The notes: generated by a model from the letters alone, not told the origin. Shown: positions 40,576 through 51,140, counted from the stretch's first letter. The stretch is 64,000 bases of DNA from an uncultured Actinomycetota bacterium (GCA_963751385.1 CAVVUD010000010.1:54-64053), one strand, 5' to 3'. Numbers and translations: made by a program.

Positions 40576-41394
40576 GTGATGGCCGGTCGTGGTGAGGGGC
40601 CCGACTTCGTCGAGGCCCTGGCGCGCGGGCTCGACGTCATCGCCTGCTTCGACCGTGAGCGACCCGAGCTGTCGCTCAGCGACGTCGCACAGGCGACCGG
40701 CCTGGCCCGGCCCACGGCACGACGCCTGCTGCTGACGCTCGACGAGCTGGGCTACGTGCGCTCGCGCGACGGCGTCTTCGCACTGACCCCGAGGGTGCTC
40801 GGGCTGGGGATGGCCTACGTGTCCTCGCTCGGCCTGTGGGAGATCGCCCGACCGCGCCTCGAGGCGCTGGTCGGGCGCACCGGTGAGTCCTCCTCGATGG
40901 CGCAGCTGGACGGGTCGGACATCGTCTACGTCGCCCGGGTCTCGGTGCCGAAGATCATCGCCCTGCGGGTCGAGGTCGGCACCCGGTTCCCGGCGCCACC
41001 CACCTCACAGGGCAAGGTACTGCTCGCGGGTCTCGACCCGGCATCCCTGGATGCCGTGCTCGCGACCCCGAGCCGCTCGGGCCTGGTGCCCCGGGTCGTA
41101 CGTGAGCGCGAGGCGCTCGAGGACGAGCTGGCGCGGGTGCGAGCCCGCGGCTGGGCGCTGGCCGACGAGGAGCTGGCTCCCGGGGTGCGGTCGGTCGCGG
41201 TCCCGGTGCGCGACCGCACGGGCGCGGTCCGGGCGGCCATGAACGTCACGGTGCACGCCGCGGAGACGAGCACCGAACGGCTGCTCGACGAGCTGCTCCC
41301 GATGCTGCAGCGCACGGCGGCCGAGGTGAGCGACGACTGGGCGCTCTGGCAGCGCCGGCCGCACGTCGAGGTGGGACCCGAGCCTCAGACCTGA
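40576..41394 (+). CDS. IclR family regulator (PcaR/PobR-like)
   Basis: FVEALARGL, LARPTARRLLLTL, VGTRFPA..SQGKVLL, DEELAPGVRSVAVP. Confidence 0.92.
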   Translation: MMAGRGEGPDFVEALARGLDVIACFDRERPELSLSDVAQATGLARPTARRLLLTLDELGYVRSRDGVFALTPRVLGLGMAYVSSLGLWEIARPRLEALVGRTGESSSMAQLDGSDIVYVARVSVPKIIALRVEVGTRFPAPPTSQGKVLLAGLDPASLDAVLATPSRSGLVPRVVREREALEDELARVRARGWALADEELAPGVRSVAVPVRDRTGAVRAAMNVTVHAAETSTERLLDELLPMLQRTAAEVSDDWALWQRRPHVEVGPEPQT

Positions 41395-41585
41395 CGCTCG
41401 AAGGTGACGAGGAGGCCCTCGACGCCACCGGGGCCGATCCGGCCCTTGATGTCGGCCGACGTGATCGCCTTGAGGTGCCAGCCCTGCTGCGCGTGGTCGT
41501 TGAGGATCTTCTCGAGCTTGTCCCCCGACAGCTTCCCGCCCAGGAGCTTCTCGCGGATCTCGACGACCTTGTACTGGAGTGCCAT
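41385..41585 (-). CDS. DUF4177 small protein
   Basis: YKVVE..LEKILNDHAQQGWHLK..TFER. Confidence 0.8.
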   Translation of the reverse strand: MALQYKVVEIREKLLGGKLSGDKLEKILNDHAQQGWHLKAITSADIKGRIGPGGVEGLLVTFERQV

Positions 41586-41611
41586 GGACCCACAGTAGCC
41601 GGGGCGAAGGG

Positions 41612-42025
41612 TCAGCCGGCGCGCTCGCCGTAGGTCGCCTCGATCGCGGCGAGGTAGGCGGCGGCGAGACGCTCGTAGCCGTCGGCGGTCACCTCGACCT
41701 CGTCGCCCACCGCGAGGCCGAGCACCGTGCGCCGCGGGTCCCAGCTGATCGGCCCCTCGACCCGCACGATGGACTCGTTGGAGACGACCGAGTCGGCGAC
41801 GACGCGCACCTCGTTCATCGGGTTGCCGTCAGCGCCCTCCAGGTCGCGCGAGCGGTGGATGAACCAGGCGTCGAGAACGACGACCGCCTGGCTGAACACG
41901 AGGCTCTCGAGGGTGGTGTCCTCGACGTCGTTGGCCCCCCACGCCGCGAGCAGCGAGTCGGCGTGGGCGCGACAGTCCTCGACGTCGTCGGACGTGTACG
42001 TCAGGCGATCGGGCACGGGCGGCAC
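41612..42025 (-). CDS. Hypothetical protein
   Basis: Coding-like codon usage; LDAWFIHRSR..DGNPMNEVR pattern. Confidence 0.65.
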   Translation of the reverse strand: MPPVPDRLTYTSDDVEDCRAHADSLLAAWGANDVEDTTLESLVFSQAVVVLDAWFIHRSRDLEGADGNPMNEVRVVADSVVSNESIVRVEGPISWDPRRTVLGLAVGDEVEVTADGYERLAAAYLAAIEATYGERAG

Positions 42026-42098
42026 CTTCCGGGCGAGCAGGTCGTGGTGCCGGGAGCCTACGCCCGTCGCGGGGCCGGGAGCCGCTCCGCGGCGGGGC

Positions 42099-42815
42099 TC
42101 AGCCCAGCACCCCGGAGGCGTCGAGCAGCGTGCCGCCGGCGAGCCAGGAGGCGACGGCCAGGACGACCACGAAGGTCGTGTTCCACACGGCCCGGGGCAC
42201 CCGGGTCAGCCGGGCCAGCACGCCAGGGTCGCTCACCGCGGGGTCGTGGGCGGCGATGACCGCACCGAGGTGACGCCAGGCGCCGACGATGAGCACGAGA
42301 CCCACGGCGACGACCGCCTGCGCCTGCAGCTGGGGCGGGCCGGACCACCACAGCGCGCCGGCCGCGACCAGGGCCACGCCGACCACCAAGGCGGTGAGCC
42401 ACGAGCGCACCCGGAGCGCGGCCGCGACGAGAACCGCGAGGATGCCGGTGAGCACCGGGGCGGACCAGCCTCGCACGGCGAGCCAGATGACGAGCGCGCC
42501 CACCACGGCGGGTGCGGGGTACCCCGCCCAGGTGGTGACGACCCGGCCGAACCCGCGCGCCGGGCCGACCGTGACGGCATGGCCGGACATGTCACCGCGC
42601 AGCACGAAGCCGGTGAACCGGCGCCCTGAGAGCATGCCGACCCCGGCGTGGCCGAGCTCGTGCACCAGGGTGACGCCGAGCCGCAGCACCCGCCAGAGCG
42701 GGTCGACGGCCACGGCCACGAGCGCGACCACGAGCACGAGGAGCACGGGGTAGCCGGACAGGGCGACACCCTGCTCCGGCACCGCCCGCGACCAGACCTG
42801 CTCGAACCAGTTCAT
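42099..42815 (-). CDS. M50B-like membrane metallopeptidase
   Basis: VHELGH, AGYPAP, SDPGVL. Confidence 0.85.
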   Translation of the reverse strand: MNWFEQVWSRAVPEQGVALSGYPVLLVLVVALVAVAVDPLWRVLRLGVTLVHELGHAGVGMLSGRRFTGFVLRGDMSGHAVTVGPARGFGRVVTTWAGYPAPAVVGALVIWLAVRGWSAPVLTGILAVLVAAALRVRSWLTALVVGVALVAAGALWWSGPPQLQAQAVVAVGLVLIVGAWRHLGAVIAAHDPAVSDPGVLARLTRVPRAVWNTTFVVVLAVASWLAGGTLLDASGVLG

Positions 42816-42854
42816 GACGGAGGTGACCGTAGCCCGAGGCGCTGTAGGTGGCGG

Positions 42855-44373
42855 TCAGCGGGACCGGCGGCTCGCGCCCTCGGAGAAGCTGGCGGCGGAG
42901 CGGGCCGGGCGCGAAGAGGCCGGGCGCGAACGAGGCCGGGCGCGAGGCCGAGCCGCCGTTGCCGTTGGCGCCGTTGGCGCCGCCCGATCGGTGCTGACCC
43001 TGACCCGGGCCGCGGCTGGAGCTGCCGGTCGAGGCAGCAGGCCCGCCGGTGCCGCGACGACGCTGGCCGGAGCCACCGCCCTGACCGCCGCGCTGGCCGC
43101 CGCCCTGGCCGCCGTTGCGACTGCGTCCACCGGAGCCACCACCCTGGCGGGCGGGGGCGGTCGACACCGGCACGATGATGCCGCCCTCGAAGGATCGCTC
43201 ACCGGGGGCGAGCTCCTGCAGCAGCGGGTGGGTCGAGGTGACGCGGGTGGTGGTGGGGTTGACGCCGGCCCTGCGGGTGAGGTCGCGCACGTCGCGCACC
43301 TGGTCGTCGGTCATCAGCGTGATGACCGTGCCCGAGGCGCCGGCGCGGGCGGTGCGGCCCGAGCGGTGCGTGTAGGCCTTGTGCTCGACCGGCGGGTCGG
43401 CGTGGATGACGAGGGCGATGTCGTCGACGTGGATGCCGCGGGCCGCGATGTCGGTGGCGACCAGCGTGCGGGCGGCACCGGAGTGGAAGGCGTCCATGGT
43501 GCGGGTGCGCGCGTTCTGGCTGAGGTTGCCGTGCAGCTCGACCGCGGGCACGCCCGAGCCGTTGAGCTGACGCGCGATCTTCTTGGCGCGGTGCTTGGTG
43601 CGGGTGAACACGACCGTGCGACCGGGGGCGGCCACCAGGTCGAGGAGCACCGGCAGGTGACCGTCGGCGGTCACGTGCAGCACGTGGTGCGACATGGTCG
43701 AGATCGGTGACTGGGCCGAGTCGGCCTCGTGCGTCACGGGGTGGTGCAGGTAGCGCTTGGCGATGACGCTGATGCCGCCGTCGAGCGTCGCGGAGAACAG
43801 CATCCGCTGGCCGGACTGAGGGGTGGCGTCGAGCAGGCGGCGCACCTGGGGGAGGAATCCCAGGTCGGCCATGTGGTCGGCCTCGTCGATGACGGTGACC
43901 TCGACGGCGTCGAGCGACACGTGGCCCTGGCCGATGAGGTCCTCGAGCCGGCCGGGGCAGGCGACGACGACGTCGACGCCGCGGCGGATGGCGGAGACCT
44001 GCGGGCCCTGGCCGACGCCACCGAAGACGGTGCGCGAGGTCAGGCCGAGGCGCTGGGCGAGGGGGGTCATCGCCTCCTCGATCTGGGCGACCAGCTCACG
44101 GGTCGGGGCGAGGATGAGCGCGCGGGGCCGGCGCGCCTGCGGGCGCTTCTGGCTGGCCGCGAGGCGGGTGAGCAGCGGCAGCACGAAGGCGATCGTCTTG
44201 CCGGAGCCGGTGCGGCCCCGGCCGAGGACGTCGCGACCCGCGAGGGAGTCGGGCAGCGTCGCGGCCTGGATGGGGGTGGGGGTCGTGATCCCGCGGGCGG
44301 CGAGGACCTCGACGAGGGAGGCGGGCACGCCGAGCGTGCCGAAGTTCTGGGTGGACAAGGAGATTTCCTTCAT
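42855..44373 (-). CDS. DEAD-box RNA helicase (start possibly TTG 44358); frameshift in the G/R-rich tail
   Basis: PTPIQ, GRTGSGKT, PTRELV, DEAD, FSAT, TDIAARGI, HRSGRTAR. Confidence 0.93.
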
Positions 44374-44701
44374 GGTTCACGGGGTCGTCGCGACCGTCGT
44401 GGTCGGCGTCGACTCTGGATGTTCTGCCGGGCGGGGCTCTGGGCCGCGGCGCCGCGTGACGGGAGGTGTCCCGACGCGAAGGCATCGACATCAAAGAAGT
44501 CGCAGCCCGAGGCAGAAGGCGGGCCACTGCCGTCCAGCCTACGCGACACCGCTGTCAACCCCCGCATCGCGACCACCCCGGTCGAGGTGGGTGCTGGCGT
44601 GGCTCACGGCGCGACCACCTGAGCACCCAAGTGCGACAGGGGCTTCCGGCCGGCCGTCGAGGGTCGGGGCGCGGTCGGGGCGGTCGCGCCTACAGTGACG
44701 T

Positions 44702-45367
44702 ATGCCGTCGCTGCCGCTGTTCCCGCTGGGCACCGCCCTGCTCCCCGGCGCCCGGCTTCCGCTGCAGCTGTTCGAGCCCCGCTACCTGGTGCTGGCGCGA
44801 TCCCTCGCCGCGCTCGAGGAGGACGACCGGCGCTTCGGGGTGACCCTCATCCGCAAGGGTCACGAGGTCGGGTCCGACTCGGTGCAGGACCTGCACGCCA
44901 TCGGCTGCGAGGCCCGGGTCGACGCCATGGCGCTCGCCGAGGGACAGGCGGGCACGGTGGTGCACCTCGTCGCCACCGGGGTGCGGCGCTTCCGCCTCGA
45001 CGGCATCGACGACGCGGCCGGCACGCCGTTCACCACCGCACTGGTCACCTGGCTGCCCGAGCCCCCGGTCACCGACGACCCGACCGTCGCCGACCTCGCG
45101 GTACGGGCGCTGCGGGAGCACACGGACTACCTGGTCGCCCTCGGCGTCGAGGCCGACCCGGTGGAGGCGCCGTTGTCGGGCGTCGCCTACCGGATCGCCG
45201 AGCGGATGGTGCTCGACCCCGCCGACCGGCAGCGCGTGCTCGAGGGGTCCGATCCCGCCACCCGCCTGCGCACCGTGCTGGCCCTGCTGCGGCGCGAGAC
45301 GGCGATCGTCGGCCGGTTCGGTGCCCTGCCGACCCCGCCCGACCCGGGGGGTGCCTCGCTCAACTGA
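44702..45367 (+). CDS. LON peptidase substrate-binding domain protein
   Basis: LPLFPL..LPLQLFEPRY, GVRRFR. Confidence 0.88.
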   Translation: MPSLPLFPLGTALLPGARLPLQLFEPRYLVLARSLAALEEDDRRFGVTLIRKGHEVGSDSVQDLHAIGCEARVDAMALAEGQAGTVVHLVATGVRRFRLDGIDDAAGTPFTTALVTWLPEPPVTDDPTVADLAVRALREHTDYLVALGVEADPVEAPLSGVAYRIAERMVLDPADRQRVLEGSDPATRLRTVLALLRRETAIVGRFGALPTPPDPGGASLN

Positions 45368-45388
45368 GGCGGGGGTAGGTTGCCGCGC

Positions 45389-45670
45389 ATGGACCTCGCC
45401 CACCTGCAGGACGTCATCGAGCGCACCTACGGGGCGCGCGACCGGGAGCGCGGCGTGCCGAGCACCGTCGCGTGGCTGGCCGAGGAGGTCGGTGAGCTCG
45501 CCCAGGCGGTGCGCAAGGGTGACCACGCCCAGCGCGAGCACGAGTTCGCCGACGTGCTGGCGTGGGTCGCGTCGCTGGCCAACCAGGTCGACGTCGACCT
45601 CACCGAGGCCGTGCAGCGGTACGCCGCAGGGTGCCCGCGGTGTGCGTCGATGCCGTGTGGGTGTCCCTGA
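45389..45670 (+). CDS. MazG-like nucleotide pyrophosphohydrolase
   Basis: WLAEEVGELAQA..EFADVLAW; C-terminal CPRC..PCGC. Confidence 0.88.
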   Translation: MDLAHLQDVIERTYGARDRERGVPSTVAWLAEEVGELAQAVRKGDHAQREHEFADVLAWVASLANQVDVDLTEAVQRYAAGCPRCASMPCGCP

Positions 45671-45892
45671 GGCGCGGACGTCGTCGAGGTCACACCGCGT
45701 AGGGCACCGCCGCGCCCGTGGCGACCGCGACGTCACGTGCACCTCGCTCCGAACGCGTTGATCACCGGCACGCGGCCAGTCTGCCGTCCCACCCGCGGCA
45801 CCGCTCCACCTTCGGGCCGTCCGTCTCACGGGCCCTACGATGGCGCCACGTCAACGGTGTCCGGACGGACGCCGAGAAGGAGGTGCCACGCC

Positions 45893-47014
45893 ATGCCGGC
45901 AGCACGGGCCACGAGCTGGTCTGTCGTCGGCTCCCCCGGCCTCGTGCGGTGGGGGCTGAAGTCGTGGTTGCTCCTCGGGGTCCTCGGGTTCGCCGGCGCC
46001 GTGGTGTGGCTCCTGTCGCAGGTGTCGGGGCTGGTCGTCCCCCTGGTCATCGCGGGCGTGCTCGGGGCCCTGTTCGCCCCGCTCGTCGAGCGACTTGCGT
46101 CCCGCGGGGTGCCACGGTCCGCCGGCGCGCTCATCGTGCTCCTCGGCCTGACCGCGGTCGTGGTCGGCTCGATCTGGCTCGTGGTGGCGGGGGTGGTCGC
46201 CCAGGCGCCCCAGATCGCCTCGGCGGTCACCAAGGGCCTGGACACCCTGAGCTCCTGGTTCGCCTCGCAGGGGGTCGACGTCGGCAGCGGCGCCTCGGCC
46301 GCCGACGAGCTCGGGTCCGCCACCGGCGCGGCCCTGGGCGGTCTCGCCGCGGCGGTGTCGGGCACCTTCTCCAGCGTGGTGTCGCTGGGCATCGGCGCCG
46401 CGATCGGCGCGTTCCTCGTCTACTACGTCATCGTCGACTGGGACGGGCTGACCCGCTTCGTGGGGGCCCACGTGGGGCTCGACCCCGAGACCGGCACCGA
46501 GGTCGTGGGTGACGCGGCCCTGGCGGTGCGTCGCTACTTCTGGGCCCTGACCCTGTCGGCCGTCGTCACCGCCGTGCTCATCGGCGGCACCGCGTGGGCG
46601 CTGGGGGTACCGCTCGCCTTCACGATCGCGGTCGTCACGCTGGTCACCTCGTACGTCCCCTACCTCGGCGCCATCGTGTCAGGGGCCTTCGCGACGTTGA
46701 TCGCGTTGGGCTCCAACGGTATCGATGCCGCCCTGATCATGCTCTTCGTCATTCTCGTGGTGCAGAACATCGTGCAGACGATCGTGCTCGTCAAGCTCGC
46801 GGGCACGGCGCTGAGCCTGCACCCCATCGTCGTGCTCGGCGCGACGATCGTCGGTGCCGCGATCGCCGGCATGCTCGGGGCGGCGCTGTCGTCGCCCGCG
46901 GTGGCGGTGGCCATCCTGGTGCGTCGGCGGCTGGCCTCCGGGGTCACGGCACCGGTCGTCGACGAACCCGGACCTCCGCTCGAGCCGAGCCCCCAACCCC
47001 TCGCTCAGACGTAG
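45893..47014 (+). CDS. AI-2E family transporter
   Basis: Multiple TM segments, SYVPYLGA, LSLHP, GMLGA; RBS AAGGAGG. Confidence 0.85.
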   Translation: MPAARATSWSVVGSPGLVRWGLKSWLLLGVLGFAGAVVWLLSQVSGLVVPLVIAGVLGALFAPLVERLASRGVPRSAGALIVLLGLTAVVVGSIWLVVAGVVAQAPQIASAVTKGLDTLSSWFASQGVDVGSGASAADELGSATGAALGGLAAAVSGTFSSVVSLGIGAAIGAFLVYYVIVDWDGLTRFVGAHVGLDPETGTEVVGDAALAVRRYFWALTLSAVVTAVLIGGTAWALGVPLAFTIAVVTLVTSYVPYLGAIVSGAFATLIALGSNGIDAALIMLFVILVVQNIVQTIVLVKLAGTALSLHPIVVLGATIVGAAIAGMLGAALSSPAVAVAILVRRRLASGVTAPVVDEPGPPLEPSPQPLAQT

Positions 47015-47784
47015 CGCCGCGCCGCCCGCAGCGCCTGCGCGGCATACGACCCGCCGAACAGCACGGCGTGAAGCAACAACGGGTGCACCTGGTGCAGCGG
47101 CACGCGCTCGCGCCACCCGTCCGCCAGCGGTGCCGCCTCGTCGTAGGCGGCGAGCACCCGGTCGAGGTGAGGGGCCCCGAACAGCGCAAGCATCGCGAGG
47201 TCGGCCTCGCGGTGGCCCCCGTGGGCAGCCGGGTCGATGAGCACGGCGTCCTGTGCGGTCCACAGCACGTTGCCCGACCAGAGGTCACCGTGCAGCCGGG
47301 CGGGTGGTTCCGGGGTGTCGAAGGCTCCGTCGGCGGCGCGCTCGGCGAGGCGTCCGAGCACCGTGACGCCCGACGCGTCGAGCACCCCACGCCGTGCGGC
47401 CTCCACCAGGAGCGGTGCGATGCGGGCCTGCGCGTAGAAGGTCCCCCAGGTGTCCCAGGACCCCAGCACCAACGGCAGCGGTTCGCTGAGCGGGCCGAGC
47501 CAGCCGTCGCCCGGCCAGCCCGGCGGCCCGGAGCCGAAGGCGGTGGCCCCGGCCGCGTGGGTCGCGGCCAGTCCGCGACCCAGCCGCTCGGCCGCCTCGG
47601 GCGTCGCAGGCGCCGGTGCGAGCAGGGTGAGGTCGAGGTGGTCTGCACCCGCGTCCAGCACCCTGACCACGGCGGCACCGCCGGCCTCCCCCTCCGCCGA
47701 GGCGAGCCAGCGCAGGCCGGCCGCCTCCCAGGCGAAGTAGCCCGGCGGAGCGGCCGCCGACTGCTTGCGGTGACGGGCCGGCAT
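47005..47784 (-). CDS. Fructosamine kinase family protein
   Basis: EAAGLRWL, LHGDLWSGN, IDPAAHGGHREADLAML. Confidence 0.9.
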   Translation of the reverse strand: MPARHRKQSAAAPPGYFAWEAAGLRWLASAEGEAGGAAVVRVLDAGADHLDLTLLAPAPATPEAAERLGRGLAATHAAGATAFGSGPPGWPGDGWLGPLSEPLPLVLGSWDTWGTFYAQARIAPLLVEAARRGVLDASGVTVLGRLAERAADGAFDTPEPPARLHGDLWSGNVLWTAQDAVLIDPAAHGGHREADLAMLALFGAPHLDRVLAAYDEAAPLADGWRERVPLHQVHPLLLHAVLFGGSYAAQALRAARRYV

Positions 47785-47864
47785 CCGCCCATCGTCGCAG
47801 GCCGGCCCCGCAGAAGCCGCGCGGCATGGATACTGAGCAGGCACCAGATCGCCGGGGAGGACCG

Positions 47865-48626
47865 ATGACCGAACAGCACGCCACTGCCGTGCCCCACGGC
47901 GCGTTCCCACCCCCGGCCGCCCTCGAGGGCCTCACCACCGACATCGGCGGCGTCCTGGAGTCGATGGAGGAGGTCTCCGACTACCTCGAGCGGGTCGTGC
48001 ACGCGGTGCGTCGGCACGTCACCGGCTGCGACGAGGTGGGGGTCACGGTGTTCAGCGGCGGGCGGCCGCACACCGCCGCGTACACGACCGTGCAGACCCT
48101 CGAGATCGACGCGGTGCAGTACGCCCTCGACGACGGCCCGTGCCTCGACGCCGCCCGGCGCCGTCGCGAGAACCGGGTCGACGACCTCGTCGTCGACGAC
48201 GGTCGCTGGCCCGAGTTCGCCCGGGAGTGCCGCGCGGACGGCCTGCGCAGCCTGCTCGCCCTGCCGCTGATCAGTGGCGGGGAGTGCGTCGGCGCGATCA
48301 ACCTCTACGGCTGGGCCCCCCACACGTTCGACTCCTTCGACGCTTCGCTCGTGCGGGTCGCGGCCTCGCGCTGTGCCGACGCGATCGTCGCCGTCTCGAC
48401 GCTCGACGGCGTGCGGCGGCTCGCCGGGCAGCTCGAGCAGGCGATGGCCAGCCGGGCCGTCATCGAGCAGGCCAAGGGCGTCATCATGGCGATGCGCGGG
48501 GTGCCCGAGCACGAGGCGTTCGAGGTACTGCGCAAGTCCTCCCAGGACCGCAACGTCAAGGTGCGCGAGCTCGCCCACCAGATCGTCAGCGGCGTCGTCG
48601 TGCGGCAGGAGCCGGGGCGCGCCTGA
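47865..48626 (+). CDS. GAF + ANTAR domain protein
   Basis: QYALDDGPCLDA, GAINLY, AMASRAVIEQAKGVIM, SQDRNVKVRELA. Confidence 0.9.
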   Translation: MTEQHATAVPHGAFPPPAALEGLTTDIGGVLESMEEVSDYLERVVHAVRRHVTGCDEVGVTVFSGGRPHTAAYTTVQTLEIDAVQYALDDGPCLDAARRRRENRVDDLVVDDGRWPEFARECRADGLRSLLALPLISGGECVGAINLYGWAPHTFDSFDASLVRVAASRCADAIVAVSTLDGVRRLAGQLEQAMASRAVIEQAKGVIMAMRGVPEHEAFEVLRKSSQDRNVKVRELAHQIVSGVVVRQEPGRA

Positions 48627-48648
48627 GCGCTGCCCTACGATCGGAGCC

Positions 48649-49800
48649 ATGCCGCGACCCCATGCCGCAGCAGTGCTCGAAGACGCCTACAACGGGCGCA
48701 AGGGCAAGGTGCTGCGGTCTCGCGGGTGGACCACCCGCGTCGTCCCCCTCACCGGCTACGGCAGCGTCAGCCAGCTGCGCGTGTTCGGTCGCGTCATCAT
48801 GACCCGCGGTCGGCCGGAGGACGAGCCCGACGAGCCCACGTACGCCGCGCGGCTGCGGGCGGTCGAGCTCGAGACCCGTGGCTGGCGAGCCTTCTTCGCG
48901 ACTCCGGCGGTCGACGAGCCGGTCACCGTGCGGGTCAACGAGCGCATCGTCACCACGCGCACCGACCGCGGCGGCTACATCGACCTCACCGTGCGCGGCC
49001 ACGGGCTCGCCCCCGGGTGGCACCAGATCTACGTCGGCTCACCCGGCGCCGAGACGATCGACGTGCCGGTGCTCGTCGTCGGCACCACGGTCACGCACGG
49101 CATCATCTCCGACATCGACGACACGGTGCTGTCCACGTCGCTGCCTCGCCCGATGATCGCCGCGTGGAACACCTTCATGCGCTCGGAGGGTGCCCGCAAG
49201 CCGGTGCCGGGCATGGCCACGATGTACCGCGAGCTGCTCGCCGAGCACCCCGACGCCCCGGTCATCTACCTCTCGACCGGCGCCTGGAACACCGCGCCAC
49301 AGCTCACGAGGTTCCTGCGCCGCAACGGTTATCCGGCCGGGCCGATGCTGATGACCGACTGGGGTCCGACCAACACCGGTTGGTTCCGGTCGGGGCAGGA
49401 CCACAAGCGCGCGCAGCTGCACCGGCTGGCCCGCGAGCTGCCGCACGTGAAGTGGCTGCTCGTCGGCGACGACGGGCAGCACGACCCGAAGATCTACACC
49501 GAGTTCACCGGCCGTCGCCCGGACAACGTGCGCGGCATCGCGATCCGTGAGCTCTCCCCGAGCGAGCAGGTGCTCTCGCACGTCATCCCGGTCGCGAACG
49601 ACGACCTGGCGCCGGCACCGACCGAGGAGCTCGAGGTGCCGGTCGTGCGGGCCAGCGACGGCTACGGCTTGCTCCGCCAGGTGCGGATGGTGTGGGACGC
49701 CGACGTGCCCAGCCGCACGCTCGCGGCGCGCGCCGCGGGGACGGTACCGCCGCTGGAGCACCCACCGGCATACCTCCTGCCGGACCCCCACGAGCGGTAG
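48649..49800 (+). CDS. App1 family (DUF2183) phosphatidate phosphatase
   Basis: ISDIDDTV, YLSTGAWN, TDWGP, LVGDDGQHD. Confidence 0.88.
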   Translation: MPRPHAAAVLEDAYNGRKGKVLRSRGWTTRVVPLTGYGSVSQLRVFGRVIMTRGRPEDEPDEPTYAARLRAVELETRGWRAFFATPAVDEPVTVRVNERIVTTRTDRGGYIDLTVRGHGLAPGWHQIYVGSPGAETIDVPVLVVGTTVTHGIISDIDDTVLSTSLPRPMIAAWNTFMRSEGARKPVPGMATMYRELLAEHPDAPVIYLSTGAWNTAPQLTRFLRRNGYPAGPMLMTDWGPTNTGWFRSGQDHKRAQLHRLARELPHVKWLLVGDDGQHDPKIYTEFTGRRPDNVRGIAIRELSPSEQVLSHVIPVANDDLAPAPTEELEVPVVRASDGYGLLRQVRMVWDADVPSRTLAARAAGTVPPLEHPPAYLLPDPHER

Positions 49801-49809
49801 CGTCGGCCC

Positions 49810-50670
49810 ATGCCCGAGCTGCCCGAGGTGCAGGCCCTCGTCCACTTCCTCGGCGAGCGTACCGACGGGCTCGTCGTCACCGGTGTCGAGCTCGGCTCGA
49901 TCTCGGTGCTCAAGACCTTCACGCCGCCGCCGCAGGCCTTGGTCGGCGCGCCGGTCGACGGCGTTTCGCGGTACGGCAAGTTCATCGACATCGACTGCGG
50001 CGGAACGCACCTGGTGTTCCACCTGGCGCGCGCGGGCTGGCTGCGGTGGTCCGACGCGATGCCGGCCACCGTGCTGCGCCCGGGCAAGTCGCCCATCGCG
50101 TTGCGGGTGCGCTTCGACGACGCGTCGGGCTTCGACCTCACCGAGGCCGGCACCAAGAAGCGGCTCGCGGCGTACGTCGTCAACGACCCGTCGACCGTGC
50201 CCGGCATCGCCTCGCTGGGGCCCGACCCGATGGCCGACGAGTTCACCCTCGAGGTGTTCGCGGCGATCGCGGCCTCGCACCGGATGCAGGTCAAGGGGAT
50301 GCTGCGCGACCAGTCGATCATCGCCGGCGTCGGCAACGCCTACTCCGACGAGGTGCTGCACGTGGCCAAGCTGTCGCCGTTCGCGATCGCCGCCAAGCTG
50401 GGCGACGCCGAGGTCGAGCGGCTCTACGTCGCGCTGCGGGGCACGTTGGCCGCTGCGGTCACCGCGGCATCCGGGAAGCCGGCCAAGGAGCTCAAGGACG
50501 CCAAGCGCGCCGGCATGCGCGTGCACGGACGCACCGGCGAGACGTGTCCCGAGTGCGGAGACGTGGTGCGCGAGGTGTCGTTCGCCGACTCGTCGCTGCA
50601 GTACTGCGCCACCTGCCAGACCGGCGGCAAGCCGCTCGCCGACCGCAGGACGAGCAAGTTCCTGAAGTAG
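49810..50670 (+). CDS. Fpg/Nei family DNA glycosylase
   Basis: MPELPEV, GVGNAYSDE, C-terminal zinc finger. Confidence 0.92.
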   Translation: MPELPEVQALVHFLGERTDGLVVTGVELGSISVLKTFTPPPQALVGAPVDGVSRYGKFIDIDCGGTHLVFHLARAGWLRWSDAMPATVLRPGKSPIALRVRFDDASGFDLTEAGTKKRLAAYVVNDPSTVPGIASLGPDPMADEFTLEVFAAIAASHRMQVKGMLRDQSIIAGVGNAYSDEVLHVAKLSPFAIAAKLGDAEVERLYVALRGTLAAAVTAASGKPAKELKDAKRAGMRVHGRTGETCPECGDVVREVSFADSSLQYCATCQTGGKPLADRRTSKFLK

Positions 50671-50768
50671 CGGCTCTCAACCCGAACGTGGTGTGGACGG
50701 TCATGGGGTCGTCGATCTCACCCACGTCCCTGCCGAGCGGCGGGACGGACCTTTGGCATGCTTGCGGG

Positions 50769-51140
50769 ATGAGTGCCTACCCCGACTTCCCTGACGTGCC
50801 CGTGTCCGCGCTGCCCGACGACGCCGTCGTGCTCGACATCCGCGAGCAGGACGAGTGGGACCGCGGGCACTCCCCGACGGCGGTCCACATCCCGATGTCC
50901 GAGCTGCCCGTGCGGGTCGACGAGCTGGCCCCCTTCCTCGACGCGGACGAGCCCCTGGTCATCACCTGCCGCTCCGGCGGGCGCGTGCAGCGGGTCATGC
51001 CGTGGCTGGCCCAGCAGGGCTACGAGGTGGCGAACATGACCGGCGGGATGCGGGCCTGGCACGCGGCCGGCAAGCCGATGGAGGCTGCCGGCGGGGCCGC
51101 CTCCCCAGGTGCCGTGACCCTGCGCGTCAGGCGGCGCTGA
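50769..51140 (+). CDS. Rhodanese-like protein
   Basis: LDIREQDEW, CRSGGR, NMTGGMRAW. Confidence 0.88.
   Translation: MSAYPDFPDVPVSALPDDAVVLDIREQDEWDRGHSPTAVHIPMSELPVRVDELAPFLDADEPLVITCRSGGRVQRVMPWLAQQGYEVANMTGGMRAWHAAGKPMEAAGGAASPGAVTLRVRRR

Noticed and set aside
47865-48626. ANTAR dual-hairpin target RNA near the GAF-ANTAR gene
   Set aside because: No convincing tandem hexaloop hairpins were seen in the flanking intergenic DNA.
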